Part shown: positions 27,443 through 35,901 of the stretch, piece after piece | How the letters are laid out: the number at the start of each line of letters is the position of its first letter | Position numbering within the stretch: position 1 is the stretch's first letter | Source of the DNA: an uncultured Methanosarcinales archaeon | GTDB taxonomy: Archaea; Nanobdellota; Nanobdellia; Woesearchaeales; CAZPJY01 | Assembly (NCBI GenBank): GCA_964587045.1 | Contig: CAZPJY010000012.1 | Span: 1-47,458, forward strand | DNA: 47,458 bases | Direction: 5' to 3' | Position numbers and translations under genes: made by a program | The notes under the pieces: generated by a model | What the model was told of the DNA's origin: nothing | What the model saw: the letters and a program-made list of their open reading frames with translations, nothing else | The model's database searches: none

Positions 27443-28395
27443 TTGTCCTCTTTCTCAGACGGTTGCTTCTGAGGTTTTGGCTCTTTTTTAGACTCTTTCT
27501 TGGCCGGCTGCTTAGCTTTGGGCTCTTCCGGTTTCTTGGGCTTGAGTGGAGCCGCTTTCTTCGGCTTGTCCTTCTTGATATTGGGATGGTCTGTAAAAAG
27601 CTCCTCCTCAGCGAGGGTTGCAAGTGCCTGCTGGGTGAAAAGGACCATCCTTCCGGGCATTTTGCCTGGCGCGAGGATCTCAGCGTTGATGCTGTGAACC
27701 TCGACCGTGTCGACGCCCAGGATATTACCTGCGGCTTGGTAGAGGGCAGACTCCTTCCCCGTCACGAGAAGAGGTCCCTTCTTTACGGCGTATTTGCGGC
27801 CCCGCATGCTGCCACGGCCGCTCCTGATCTTCCTTTCTGATATCCTTGCTAGCTCTTCTTCGAGTCCGAGCTTTGCCAAAGCTTCCTTGAGAGGGGAGGT
27901 CTTGCTGATGTCGTTGAACGAGTCGCTCAGAACGAACGGGTAGTTCTTCGGGACCTTGTGACCCCTTCCCTTCACCTGTTCGGGATCCAAGCAGGCGCTG
28001 AGAGCGCTGCGTATGGCCTTCCTCCTCTCCTTGGTGTTGATCTTGTGGGCCCAGACCTTGGAGGATTTTGGCGGGTGAGCCCTCCTGCCCCCTACAGTGC
28101 CCGGCGCAAAAGCGCCCACCCAGTTGAACCTGGTTCCCCTGGCGCTCATTATCTTCCTCGGGACCCTGCTGATCCCGAATCCGTATGATCCCCTGTAATC
28201 GTGCCTCCTCCTGGAGAGCTTGGCAGAGGCGCGCTTGCCTGCTTCTGGGCTGGCTCCGTAGGGCTGCCTCCTGTTGGCCTGCACGGCCTGCACGGCCCGG
28301 GTGATTAGGTCGGGTCTCACAGCCTCGGAGAACTGAGGCGGGAGATCCATCTCTCCGACCTGCTTTCCCTCCTTGTCGTATACTGGCAGCTTCAT
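27439..28395 (-). CDS. rpl4: 50S ribosomal protein L4 (uL4) with a K/E/P tail
   Basis: Start MKLPVYD at 28395. RPDLITRAV, GISRVPR, VGGRRAHPPK, KINTKE, LAPG..PGR. Confidence 0.97.
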   Translation of the reverse strand: MKLPVYDKEGKQVGEMDLPPQFSEAVRPDLITRAVQAVQANRRQPYGASPEAGKRASAKLSRRRHDYRGSYGFGISRVPRKIMSARGTRFNWVGAFAPGTVGGRRAHPPKSSKVWAHKINTKERRKAIRSALSACLDPEQVKGRGHKVPKNYPFVLSDSFNDISKTSPLKEALAKLGLEEELARISERKIRSGRGSMRGRKYAVKKGPLLVTGKESALYQAAGNILGVDTVEVHSINAEILAPGKMPGRMVLFTQQALATLAEEELFTDHPNIKKDKPKKAAPLKPKKPEEPKAKQPAKKESKKEPKPQKQPSEKEDK

Positions 28396-28397
28396 GG

Positions 28398-29390
28398 TTA
28401 TCTCCTCTGTTTGGACTCGAGGCTTAGATACTCGATGCTTGGAGCATCTTTTGGTATGATCCTGTTGGGCCTGAGGCTCAGGTTCATCCTGATCAGTCTC
28501 TTTTTGGGTCCGGGTATGGAGCCTTTTAGCAGCAGGTAGCTGGATTTCACATGTCCGTAGTTGATGAATCCGCCTTTCGGGTTTATTTCGGCCGGGTCGC
28601 TTCCTATCTTGATAATCCACTTGTTGTACTCTGTCCGGGTATGGTATCCCATTTGGCCCGCGTGGGGGACCCTGTACATGAAATGCCCCTGTCCCTTCCA
28701 GCCGCCGAGAGAGCCGGGCCCTCGTTTGGTCTTCTCGGATTTCCTGCTCCGGATGCTTATGCCGAAGCGCTTGATGGGGCCTGTGTACCCTTTGCCCCTG
28801 GTGATTGAGTGGATCTCCACTTGGGAGCCTTCAGGCAGCACCTGCGAAACGCTGATTTCCTTTCCGAGGTTCTCTTTTGCGAATGCGAGTTTCTCTTGGT
28901 TGCTGCCCCCCAGAGCGACCTCGAACAGTTCAGGCTTCTTCTTGCCTATGGATGTCAGGCCTGGTTGTGTGCATGTGATGATCGTGATGTCGGAGAAATC
29001 GTCTGGATTGAGCTTGTCAAGGCTTTGCTTGACCTTTTTTGGGACTGAGACTTTGCGGGCCAACTGCTTGTCACAGTTGGCAACGACCTCTGTGGCGACG
29101 ATTGGGCCGTATCCCCTCTCGTTCTTCTTGTAGAACCTGACTGAGAAGACCTTCATCGGCGGCACCTCGACCACGGTCACGGGAATGGTAATCTCATCCC
29201 CCTTGGTGATCGAATGCTTGCTGTTGTCTGTAATCCTTGCTTGGGTCATTCCAACCTTGTAGCCTGCGAAGCCAAGGGGCTTGGCATCCTTGGATGCTGC
29301 CCATGCCCGGACTTTGGGATACTGCCTACTAGCTCTCTTTCGGGGCCAGTACCCCATGCTTCCTGCTCTTGGCTTGCGTATTGTTGGCAT
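28398..29390 (-). CDS. rpl3: 50S ribosomal protein L3 (uL3)
   Basis: PRAGSMGYWPRKRA, GFAGYKVGMT, AGQMGYHTRTEYNK, KGSIPGPKKRL. Confidence 0.98.
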   Translation of the reverse strand: MPTIRKPRAGSMGYWPRKRASRQYPKVRAWAASKDAKPLGFAGYKVGMTQARITDNSKHSITKGDEITIPVTVVEVPPMKVFSVRFYKKNERGYGPIVATEVVANCDKQLARKVSVPKKVKQSLDKLNPDDFSDITIITCTQPGLTSIGKKKPELFEVALGGSNQEKLAFAKENLGKEISVSQVLPEGSQVEIHSITRGKGYTGPIKRFGISIRSRKSEKTKRGPGSLGGWKGQGHFMYRVPHAGQMGYHTRTEYNKWIIKIGSDPAEINPKGGFINYGHVKSSYLLLKGSIPGPKKRLIRMNLSLRPNRIIPKDAPSIEYLSLESKQRR

Positions 29391-29393
29391 TTG

Positions 29394-29532
29394 ATTCCCC
29401 TCAGAACAAGTCCTCTACTTCCGAACTTGTACTGGAAAATCGGGTTTTCCAGGCGTGTTCGTTACTCAAACCGCGACTTCGAGTAAAAATCACCTGATTG
29501 CTTCCTCTGGGGAATTATCCGCAGTTTATAAA
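29394..29532 (-). promoter_or_regulatory. r-protein operon promoter (TTTATAAA, 29525-29532) and structured 5' leader
   Basis: TATA box with an A-rich BRE-like flank on the minus strand. Three 8-9 bp hairpins lie between it and the rpl3 ATG. Confidence 0.6.
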
Positions 29533-29811
29533 GGTTTCTTTATGCGTCGAAGACGAGTTGTAATGCGCACTGAGGCATTCTTGCGGATTCGAAACATGTT
29601 GATGATAAAATTGACGTCGATGTCTCGTCGAGAAAACATATACATTTATATAGGAGTGGGGGTCACCCACAGCACGGTGTTGGAATATGATACCTATACG
29701 ATAAGAAACATAGACTCTTTTTCCCAGATATAGTGCTGGCCAACATCTTTTTCTTATAACCTCTGTCGCAGTATGCAGGCTAAAATTAATCATTCCCTTG
29801 AGGTAATGACC

Positions 29812-30792
29812 ATGAACGCGATAACCGTGAGGAACCTGGAGAAGGAGTACAAGACCCACAAGCGAAAGCCAGGGTTGGTGAATGCCTTCAAGTCCCTCTT
29901 CAGGAGGGATTACGTAGTGAAACGAGCGTTGAAAGGAATAAGCTTCGAGGTCGGGCAAGGCGAAATATTAGGGCTTATCGGACCTAATGGGGCCGGGAAG
30001 TCCACGACCATCAAGGCGCTTTCAGGAGTGATATACCCGACCTCGGGTGTGGTCGACGTGCTGGGCTACGTACCTTGGAAGGAGCGCATCAAGTATGTGG
30101 CAAACATTGGCGTGGTGCTGGGCCAAAAGCCGCAGCTCTACTGGGACATCCCCGCGATAGACACGTTCTATCTGCACAAGGAGCTGTATGGGATACCTGA
30201 CAGGGAGTTCCGTGAGAGGCTGGCCCACATGACCAGGCTGCTCGAGATAGAGGACATCCAGAAGACCCCCGTGCGTGACCTGTCCTTAGGCGAGAGGATG
30301 AAGTGCAAGATAGTTGCGGCCCTCCTCCACGCTCCGAAGCTGGTCTTTCTTGACGAGCCGACGATAGGGCTTGATGTGGTGGCAAAGGACCGACTGAGGG
30401 ACTTTATAATCGACACGAACCGCAGGTATAGGACGACGTTCATCATCACGACCCATGACATGCTGGACATCGAGAGGCTGTGCAAGAGGGTTGTCATCAT
30501 CAACCACGGGGATGTGGTCTATGATGGCCTGCTTTCACAGATACAGAAGGACTTCATGACCAAGAAAGTGATTGACGTCAAGTTCGAGCAGTTCTCCGGA
30601 AGGTTCAAGCTACCAGGTTGTAAGGTGCTCAGGTCGAACAAGTACGAGCTCAAGATAGAAGTAGATCTAAAGAAGCAGAAGGTGCGAAACGTCGTCGACC
30701 ATCTGGTCTCGAAATACCATTTTGTGGATCTGGTCGTGTCTGACATGCCTATAGAGGAGATTATCCAGAAGATATTCAAGGAGGGCAGGTGA
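29812..30792 (+). CDS. ABC-2 type transporter ATP-binding subunit
   Basis: GPNGAGKST, LSLGERM, FLDEPTIGLD, TTHD. GAGGT Shine-Dalgarno favours ATG 29812. Confidence 0.95.
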   Translation: MNAITVRNLEKEYKTHKRKPGLVNAFKSLFRRDYVVKRALKGISFEVGQGEILGLIGPNGAGKSTTIKALSGVIYPTSGVVDVLGYVPWKERIKYVANIGVVLGQKPQLYWDIPAIDTFYLHKELYGIPDREFRERLAHMTRLLEIEDIQKTPVRDLSLGERMKCKIVAALLHAPKLVFLDEPTIGLDVVAKDRLRDFIIDTNRRYRTTFIITTHDMLDIERLCKRVVIINHGDVVYDGLLSQIQKDFMTKKVIDVKFEQFSGRFKLPGCKVLRSNKYELKIEVDLKKQKVRNVVDHLVSKYHFVDLVVSDMPIEEIIQKIFKEGR

Positions 30793-31610
30793 TGGAGAGG
30801 CCTGACATATTAGGAATGAGAAAGAGATGGGCGGTGTTCAAGGTAGGTATAAAGACGGCCCTGGTCTACAGATTCCACTTCTTCATATCTCTCATAACCG
30901 CGCCCATCTACATCATAATATACTACAGCCTGTGGAAGTCGATATTCATCTACTCCGGAGAGCCGGTCATCCAGGGCTTCACCTTCCAGGCTATGGTGGC
31001 ATACTACCTGCTCAACATGATAGTCGGTAACCTGGTGTGGTCTGACATAGACGCGTGGCTGGAGTTCGACATAAGGCACGGACATCTGATATCGTTCATG
31101 TCGAGGCCCATCTCCCTCTTCGCATGGAACTTCTACTTTGAGGTTGGGATCAAGATTCTTGACCTGATGTTCGGAGTGCTGCCTGTAATACTGATAGGAA
31201 TAGCCTTCCTGAACCTTTCGATAGCCTCATGGGTGTACGTGCTGCTATTCGCCTTGGCAGTGGTGTTCGCTGCCTACCTGTACTTCCTGCTTTCGTTCCT
31301 GGTCGGGCTTACCGCGTTCTGGATCAAGAGCATAAGCGGGATCCGCAGGGTGAAGAGGGTGCTGCTCAGCTTCCTCTCGGGAGGCATGCTACCGCTGACC
31401 TTCTTCCCCTTGTGGTACCAGAAGGTCTCCTATGTGTTGCCCTTCCAGTTCCTGAGGTTCGTTCCCATCAACATTTTCCTGGGTAAGTATCCCCTGTTGG
31501 ACAGTGCGCTGCTGCTCGCAATCATGCTCGCATGGGTCGTGCTGCTCTACGGACTGTACAGGATCATGCTGAGCTTTGCGATAAAGAAATTCACGGGTGT
31601 TGGACAATGA
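30789..31610 (+). CDS. ABC-2 family permease (DUF990-like)
   Basis: About 6 TM segments. DIRHG.L..F..RP, LSGGMLPL.FFP, LPFQ. 4-bp overlaps with both neighbours. Confidence 0.9.
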   Translation: MMERPDILGMRKRWAVFKVGIKTALVYRFHFFISLITAPIYIIIYYSLWKSIFIYSGEPVIQGFTFQAMVAYYLLNMIVGNLVWSDIDAWLEFDIRHGHLISFMSRPISLFAWNFYFEVGIKILDLMFGVLPVILIGIAFLNLSIASWVYVLLFALAVVFAAYLYFLLSFLVGLTAFWIKSISGIRRVKRVLLSFLSGGMLPLTFFPLWYQKVSYVLPFQFLRFVPINIFLGKYPLLDSALLLAIMLAWVVLLYGLYRIMLSFAIKKFTGVGQ

Positions 31611-32389
31611 AGTACTTGAGGCTTTGGGCAAAGAGCTTCGCATTGGAGCTGTCTAGTGAGATGGCCTACAAGTGGAACTTCTTCATTAAGATGCTCGCGC
31701 TTATGATGGCCGACGTAGTCGGACCCCTGGTGATCATGTTCATCTACACGAACACCCCCGGTATCCCGGGATGGAGCTTCGAGGAGTTTTTGCTTTTCCA
31801 AGGCACGGGCATACTGGTGTTCGGCCTGGCGCATTTCCTACTGATACTGATGCCTTACAAGGTCATCGAGATGGTCAAGGAAGGGACGTTCGACAAGGTG
31901 CTTATCAAGCCGTTCGACCCGCTACTGTACATGACCTTCTCGTCCATGGACCTCGAAGGCATTGCTGAGGTAGCCGTAGGCGTGGCCCTGGTAGCATATT
32001 CGATGAACGCGATTGGCGTGACACTGGGGTTAAACTTCGCGCTCTATCTGGCGTTGGTGGCCTTGGCTTTCCTCTTCCAGTACGCGATGATGATTATGGT
32101 GGCATCCCTCGCCTTCCTGGTGGTGAAGTCGTTTGCTCTGATGGACTTGATCTTCAAGCTGGGCGACTTCGCCCGTTACCCGCTCAACGTCTATGACCTG
32201 GGGCTCAGAGCAATGCTGACCTTCGTCTTCCCAATAGCGGTGAGCGCGTTCTACCCTGTGGAGGTGTTGCTGCGCGGTCTGAGGCCTTCGGTGATGGCAC
32301 TGATCGCCGCTCCTGTACTCATCTTCTTGGGTGTGTCAGTGATGCTTTGGAAGCTGGCCATGAGGAAGTACACGAGTGCAGGGGGCTAG
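31607..32389 (+). CDS. ABC-2 family permease (DUF990-like), second subunit
   Basis: Start MKYLRLW at 31607. GWSFEE, VKEGTFDKVLIKP, ARYPLNVY, C-terminal YTSAGG. Confidence 0.9.
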   Translation: MKYLRLWAKSFALELSSEMAYKWNFFIKMLALMMADVVGPLVIMFIYTNTPGIPGWSFEEFLLFQGTGILVFGLAHFLLILMPYKVIEMVKEGTFDKVLIKPFDPLLYMTFSSMDLEGIAEVAVGVALVAYSMNAIGVTLGLNFALYLALVALAFLFQYAMMIMVASLAFLVVKSFALMDLIFKLGDFARYPLNVYDLGLRAMLTFVFPIAVSAFYPVEVLLRGLRPSVMALIAAPVLIFLGVSVMLWKLAMRKYTSAGG

Positions 32390-32449
32390 TGGCAGGAAGG
32401 CATTTGCATAATATTTTTATATTTACATTTATTATCCCACTGTTATAAG

Positions 32450-32584
32450 ATGAGAATATCCTTTTCCCGCGATGTGAATCTCGACGACGAAGAGGAACTC
32501 CTCGAAGAAGAGGTACCCAAGCTTCTGAGGCTCAAGCGCGACGAGACTGAAGAGGCCCACTACGATTTCGATTTCCGTTTCTGA
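32450..32584 (+). CDS. Unannotated 44-aa acidic small protein, MRISFSRDVNLDDEEELLEEEVPKLLRLKRDETEEAHYDFDFRF
   Basis: ATG about 30 nt after TTTTATAT (~32415-32422), G/C-ending codons like host genes, fills an otherwise empty gap. Below the 60-aa track cutoff. Confidence 0.55.
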   Translation: MRISFSRDVNLDDEEELLEEEVPKLLRLKRDETEEAHYDFDFRF

Positions 32585-34056
32585 GTCATCCGGACGCGCC
32601 TGCGCGTGTAGTTCACCGGGTTCTTGATCCTTTTGCAGAGCTGGTCTGGACAGCAGATCCCAAGGTCCTTGTAGTACATCTTGTTGTCGCAGTTGGGAGG
32701 GAGCACCTTCTGGCCTCCCCTCTGCCGGTGGTACCTCATGTGGCCCTTGATGAGCACCTCTTTGAGGGGCTCCGGATTCTTCTTGTTCCATTCGAGGAGC
32801 AGCTCCTCTATCTGGTCGGGATTCCACCCGACATTCGCGAGGAAGTTGGTCAGGATGAACATGCTGCGCTTCTTGCCGTCCTTCATGCCGCCCAGGACGG
32901 TCTTGATGCATGGGGGGAAATACTCGACAGGCGCGGCGTCTTCGAGCTCCTCGAAGTCGTACTGCTTCTCCACCCCCTCAGCCTCGATTTTCGGCTTGTG
33001 GTCGAAGGCCTGTACGAGGAGCCGGTTGGCCTCGTCACGCATTGCGAGGCTGCGGTCCAGGAACGGGAACTCTCCCACTACCACGTCCTCTGGCTTGGCC
33101 TGCTCCTTGTAGAACTCCATTATCTTGTAGGGGTTGATCGGCACAGATACCAGCAGGGATTTCTCATGCAGCGAGTACGGGCTGCGGAACATGTGCCTGG
33201 ATGATATCAGGACCGTGTCGATTTTCAAGTCCACCTTCCTGTAGAACTTCTCGCTGCCGCAGCTGCATGCGTTGCTGGACGAGTACTCGAACTTGTCCAT
33301 GAAGACCTTGCACTTGTCGCACTGCATGTACTGGGTCTCCTTTTCGACTATTTCCCTTGCTCCGCACCTGGGGCATATGAACTCTATCCGCGGCTTGGCC
33401 TTGCCCCTCTCGAACGGCTTGTGGCACTCGGAGCAGAAGGCCTTGGTGAACTCCGTCACGCTCCGCCCTTCATCCTTCAGGAAATTCTTGAAGGCTTTAG
33501 ATTCCATTATCTTCTCCGAGAGCTCGTTGTTCTTGTCTATGTGCTGGGTCAGGTAGGCCGCGACCCTCCTCACTCCCTCTGGGAAGAGGAGGCGCGTCTC
33601 CTCGCCGTGGACCTTCTCGGGGAAGGACTCGAAAGGCACCCCGATGTGGAAGCCTTTGTTTCCGGAGAACTTGCAAGATATCGTGCTTATCCCATGCTCC
33701 CTGAGGCCCTTGACCATCGCTTGGGCTATCATCTTCGAGGACTCCCACTCCTCGAAGTCTATGTCGATGACGAGGTCCCATCCCTTGCGGAGATCATTTT
33801 GTTCTGCTTGGGTCATGTTTGGGTCGAGCTGCAGCGGGTTGGTCCAAAGCTCTTCTGAGAAGTGGAACGAAGTCGCACCCTTCGAGGCCAGGTTGAGGAC
33901 GTCGCCTGCGAACGACAGGGTGTCAGGCCTCTTTCCGAACCTGTCGCCGTAGCGTATCGCTACCTCCCTGTCCTTGGCGCTCTGCACGAGGGCGGCGCGG
34001 ACATCCTCCCTCTTGTAGTACTGGAGCATAACGCTCTTCTTCTGGAGCTCATCCAT
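32560..34056 (-). CDS. Fused DNA primase PriS-PriL (DPANN type) with a Cys-rich insert
   Basis: PriS motifs WDLVIDID and FSGNKGFHI. PriL Fe-S cysteines in PPCI, PPNCD, ICCPDQLC..IKNP. Confidence 0.92.
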   Translation of the reverse strand: MDELQKKSVMLQYYKREDVRAALVQSAKDREVAIRYGDRFGKRPDTLSFAGDVLNLASKGATSFHFSEELWTNPLQLDPNMTQAEQNDLRKGWDLVIDIDFEEWESSKMIAQAMVKGLREHGISTISCKFSGNKGFHIGVPFESFPEKVHGEETRLLFPEGVRRVAAYLTQHIDKNNELSEKIMESKAFKNFLKDEGRSVTEFTKAFCSECHKPFERGKAKPRIEFICPRCGAREIVEKETQYMQCDKCKVFMDKFEYSSSNACSCGSEKFYRKVDLKIDTVLISSRHMFRSPYSLHEKSLLVSVPINPYKIMEFYKEQAKPEDVVVGEFPFLDRSLAMRDEANRLLVQAFDHKPKIEAEGVEKQYDFEELEDAAPVEYFPPCIKTVLGGMKDGKKRSMFILTNFLANVGWNPDQIEELLLEWNKKNPEPLKEVLIKGHMRYHRQRGGQKVLPPNCDNKMYYKDLGICCPDQLCKRIKNPVNYTRRRVRMTQKRKSKS

Positions 34057-34058
34057 TT

Positions 34059-34289
34059 TCAGTCCTCATCGCAGAAGCGCGGATCCTCCGGCTGCAGCCC
34101 TTCGGTGTACTCCTCGAGCTGTGCCAAGGCCTTCTTGTACAGTTCGGAGCTCTTCTTGTCCTCTGCGTCCTGCACAGGCTCGGGATTCTCCTCAAAACCC
34201 TTGTCGGACTGCTTGCATATGGCGCATTCCCCAGGTTTCCGATCCTGCTTTATCTTTGCCCCGCAACGGTTGCATGTCCAAATGCTCAT
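34059..34289 (-). CDS. Small rubredoxin-like or zinc-ribbon protein (76 aa)
   Basis: MSIWTCNRCG..PGECAICK..FEE, two CxxC pairs. Start at 34289 follows TTTATAT; stop is 2 nt before the primase start. Confidence 0.8.
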   Translation of the reverse strand: MSIWTCNRCGAKIKQDRKPGECAICKQSDKGFEENPEPVQDAEDKKSSELYKKALAQLEEYTEGLQPEDPRFCDED

Positions 34290-34361
34290 GCCGGGGAGTA
34301 ACCAGACGGCATATAAATACCTTATGTGAGCTAGTCCGTAAACATTAAATATGCAGCGGGC

Positions 34362-34910
34362 ATGCTCATAGCCATGACGATGTCGAAGCAGGACGAGCTG
34401 GCCGTCAACCACCTGGAACACCAGATTCTTGCTCTGGAGAAGGAGTGGATGAACTATGAGGACACGCTGTTCGTGGACTGGAACGCCAAGTTCGCAGGGA
34501 GGAATCCCCAAGAGATCAGGAACAAGATTCTGTCGCCGGGAAAAGAGATTCTGGTGGAGAAGAAGGAGTTCTACCACCTCTGGCACCGCACCATCCGCAC
34601 TTTCAGGAGGTGCGCACAGCTCCTTGGGAAGGGCAGGAGGGAGAAGGCGCTGGAGATCTTCACCTCAGAAATCAGCGCCCTGAAAGAGGAGGTCACCAAG
34701 CTCGAGAGCATGGAGAGGAGGACTCTCGAGTTCCTAGAGGACAACATGCACGTGTTCCAGGACGCGTTCGATCGGGTTTACGGCGAGGGCTACTTCGAGC
34801 GGGAGGTTTATGGCAACTACGAGCTGAGGTTCAAGATACTGACCATACTGCAGCAGGAGTACGAGCTGATAATGTCGGCGGTCAAGAACCTGTTCAACGA
34901 CGTTTCATAG
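34362..34910 (+). CDS. Hypothetical alpha-helical protein
   Basis: 182-aa ORF with host-like codon use, divergent from the rubredoxin-like gene. Start may be 34374 or 34380. Confidence 0.7.
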   Translation: MLIAMTMSKQDELAVNHLEHQILALEKEWMNYEDTLFVDWNAKFAGRNPQEIRNKILSPGKEILVEKKEFYHLWHRTIRTFRRCAQLLGKGRREKALEIFTSEISALKEEVTKLESMERRTLEFLEDNMHVFQDAFDRVYGEGYFEREVYGNYELRFKILTILQQEYELIMSAVKNLFNDVS

Positions 34911-35460
34911 AACTTCTTGCCTCGTGGAACGCGTCGTAGAGCATCATCTTGAACTCCTCGCCGACGTCTTCCCACGACCTCTCAGGTTTCTTCTTCTTGG
35001 GCTTCTCCTTTTTGGGCTTCACCGGCTTTTCTTTCGGCTTCCTCGGGATAAGCCTCAGGAAGATGGTGATGTACCCGACGATCAGGACCACGACGAAGAC
35101 TATCGGGTAGAGCAGTATGCCCAGCGCTCCGACGATTCCGAAGATGTTGTCTCCGACGAGGATGTCGACGAGCTGCAGGGCCCTGAAGATGAACGCGGTG
35201 AGCATGACTGCTCCCACCGCGTTGAATAGCGGTGCCGGAAGGTTGAACGGGAACCATAGCGCCATTAGCATCTCGCCCACCATGAAGAAGATGCTCATCA
35301 GGACTATGAGCAGCAGGTTGCTGTTGAAGAAGTTCAGCACCGTGAGGAAGATGGGCTCTGTCCAGATGACAGCCACCAGGTTGGCCAGGCCCAGCACTAT
35401 CAAGAATACAACGAGTCCCAGAATCCTCATGAGCACGATGTTTGAGGGTGAGCGTGCCAT
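34894..35460 (-). CDS. Hypothetical membrane protein (about 4 TM, K/P-rich tail)
   Basis: Hydrophobic segments with FPFNLPAPLFNAVG; tail SWEDVGEEFK. Confidence 0.8.
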   Translation of the reverse strand: MARSPSNIVLMRILGLVVFLIVLGLANLVAVIWTEPIFLTVLNFFNSNLLLIVLMSIFFMVGEMLMALWFPFNLPAPLFNAVGAVMLTAFIFRALQLVDILVGDNIFGIVGALGILLYPIVFVVVLIVGYITIFLRLIPRKPKEKPVKPKKEKPKKKKPERSWEDVGEEFKMMLYDAFHEARSSMKRR

Positions 35461-35554
35461 ATCGTTTCTTTAGTTGCCGTGATATATAATAATGTTGATT
35501 TTTCTTTAATGTCTATACATCAGCTTTTTATTGGATTCTGCATTCTTAGATACT

Positions 35555-35890
35555 ATGAGATGGGTCCTCCGCTCGAAGATACACAAAGCGAATGTGACAG
35601 GCGCCAACATCGACTATGTTGGTAGCATCACCATAGATGAGGCTCTGACCAAGAGGGTTGGCATATGGCCTGGCGAGAAGGTGCAGGTCGTGGACAACAC
35701 CAACGGCGCGAGGGTCGAGACCTATGTGATTCCCGGCAAGGCGGGTGAGGTGTGCATCAACGGTGCCGCGGCCCACCTGATACATAAGGGCGATGAGGTG
35801 ATCATCATGGGCTATGAGCTGACTGACAGGAAGATAAAGCCCAAGAAGATTTTGGTGGATAGGAAGAACAGTTTCCTAAATTTTCTCTAG
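35555..35890 (+). CDS. panD: Aspartate 1-decarboxylase (pyruvoyl-dependent, bacterial type)
   Basis: SKIH.A.VT.A...YVG-SITID self-cleavage site, [25 protein letters not shown]. Confidence 0.95.
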   Translation: MRWVLRSKIHKANVTGANIDYVGSITIDEALTKRVGIWPGEKVQVVDNTNGARVETYVIPGKAGEVCINGAAAHLIHKGDEVIIMGYELTDRKIKPKKILVDRKNSFLNFL

Positions 35891-35901
35891 GCGCCCGTTT
35901 C

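Noticed and set aside
29400..29500. Cloverleaf upstream of rpl3 as a tRNA gene
   Set aside because: No TTCRA T-loop, D-loop GG or 7-bp acceptor stem with tRNA spacing; kept as a leader candidate instead.
29455..29958. ORFs 29455-29733 (+) and 29515-29958 (-)
   Set aside because: They cross an AT-rich divergent promoter region, have atypical codon use and show no recognisable motifs.
32432..32911. 159-aa minus-strand ORF overlapping the primase 3' end
   Set aside because: Alternative frame of the primase gene; its tail is the antisense of the more plausible 44-aa plus-strand ORF.
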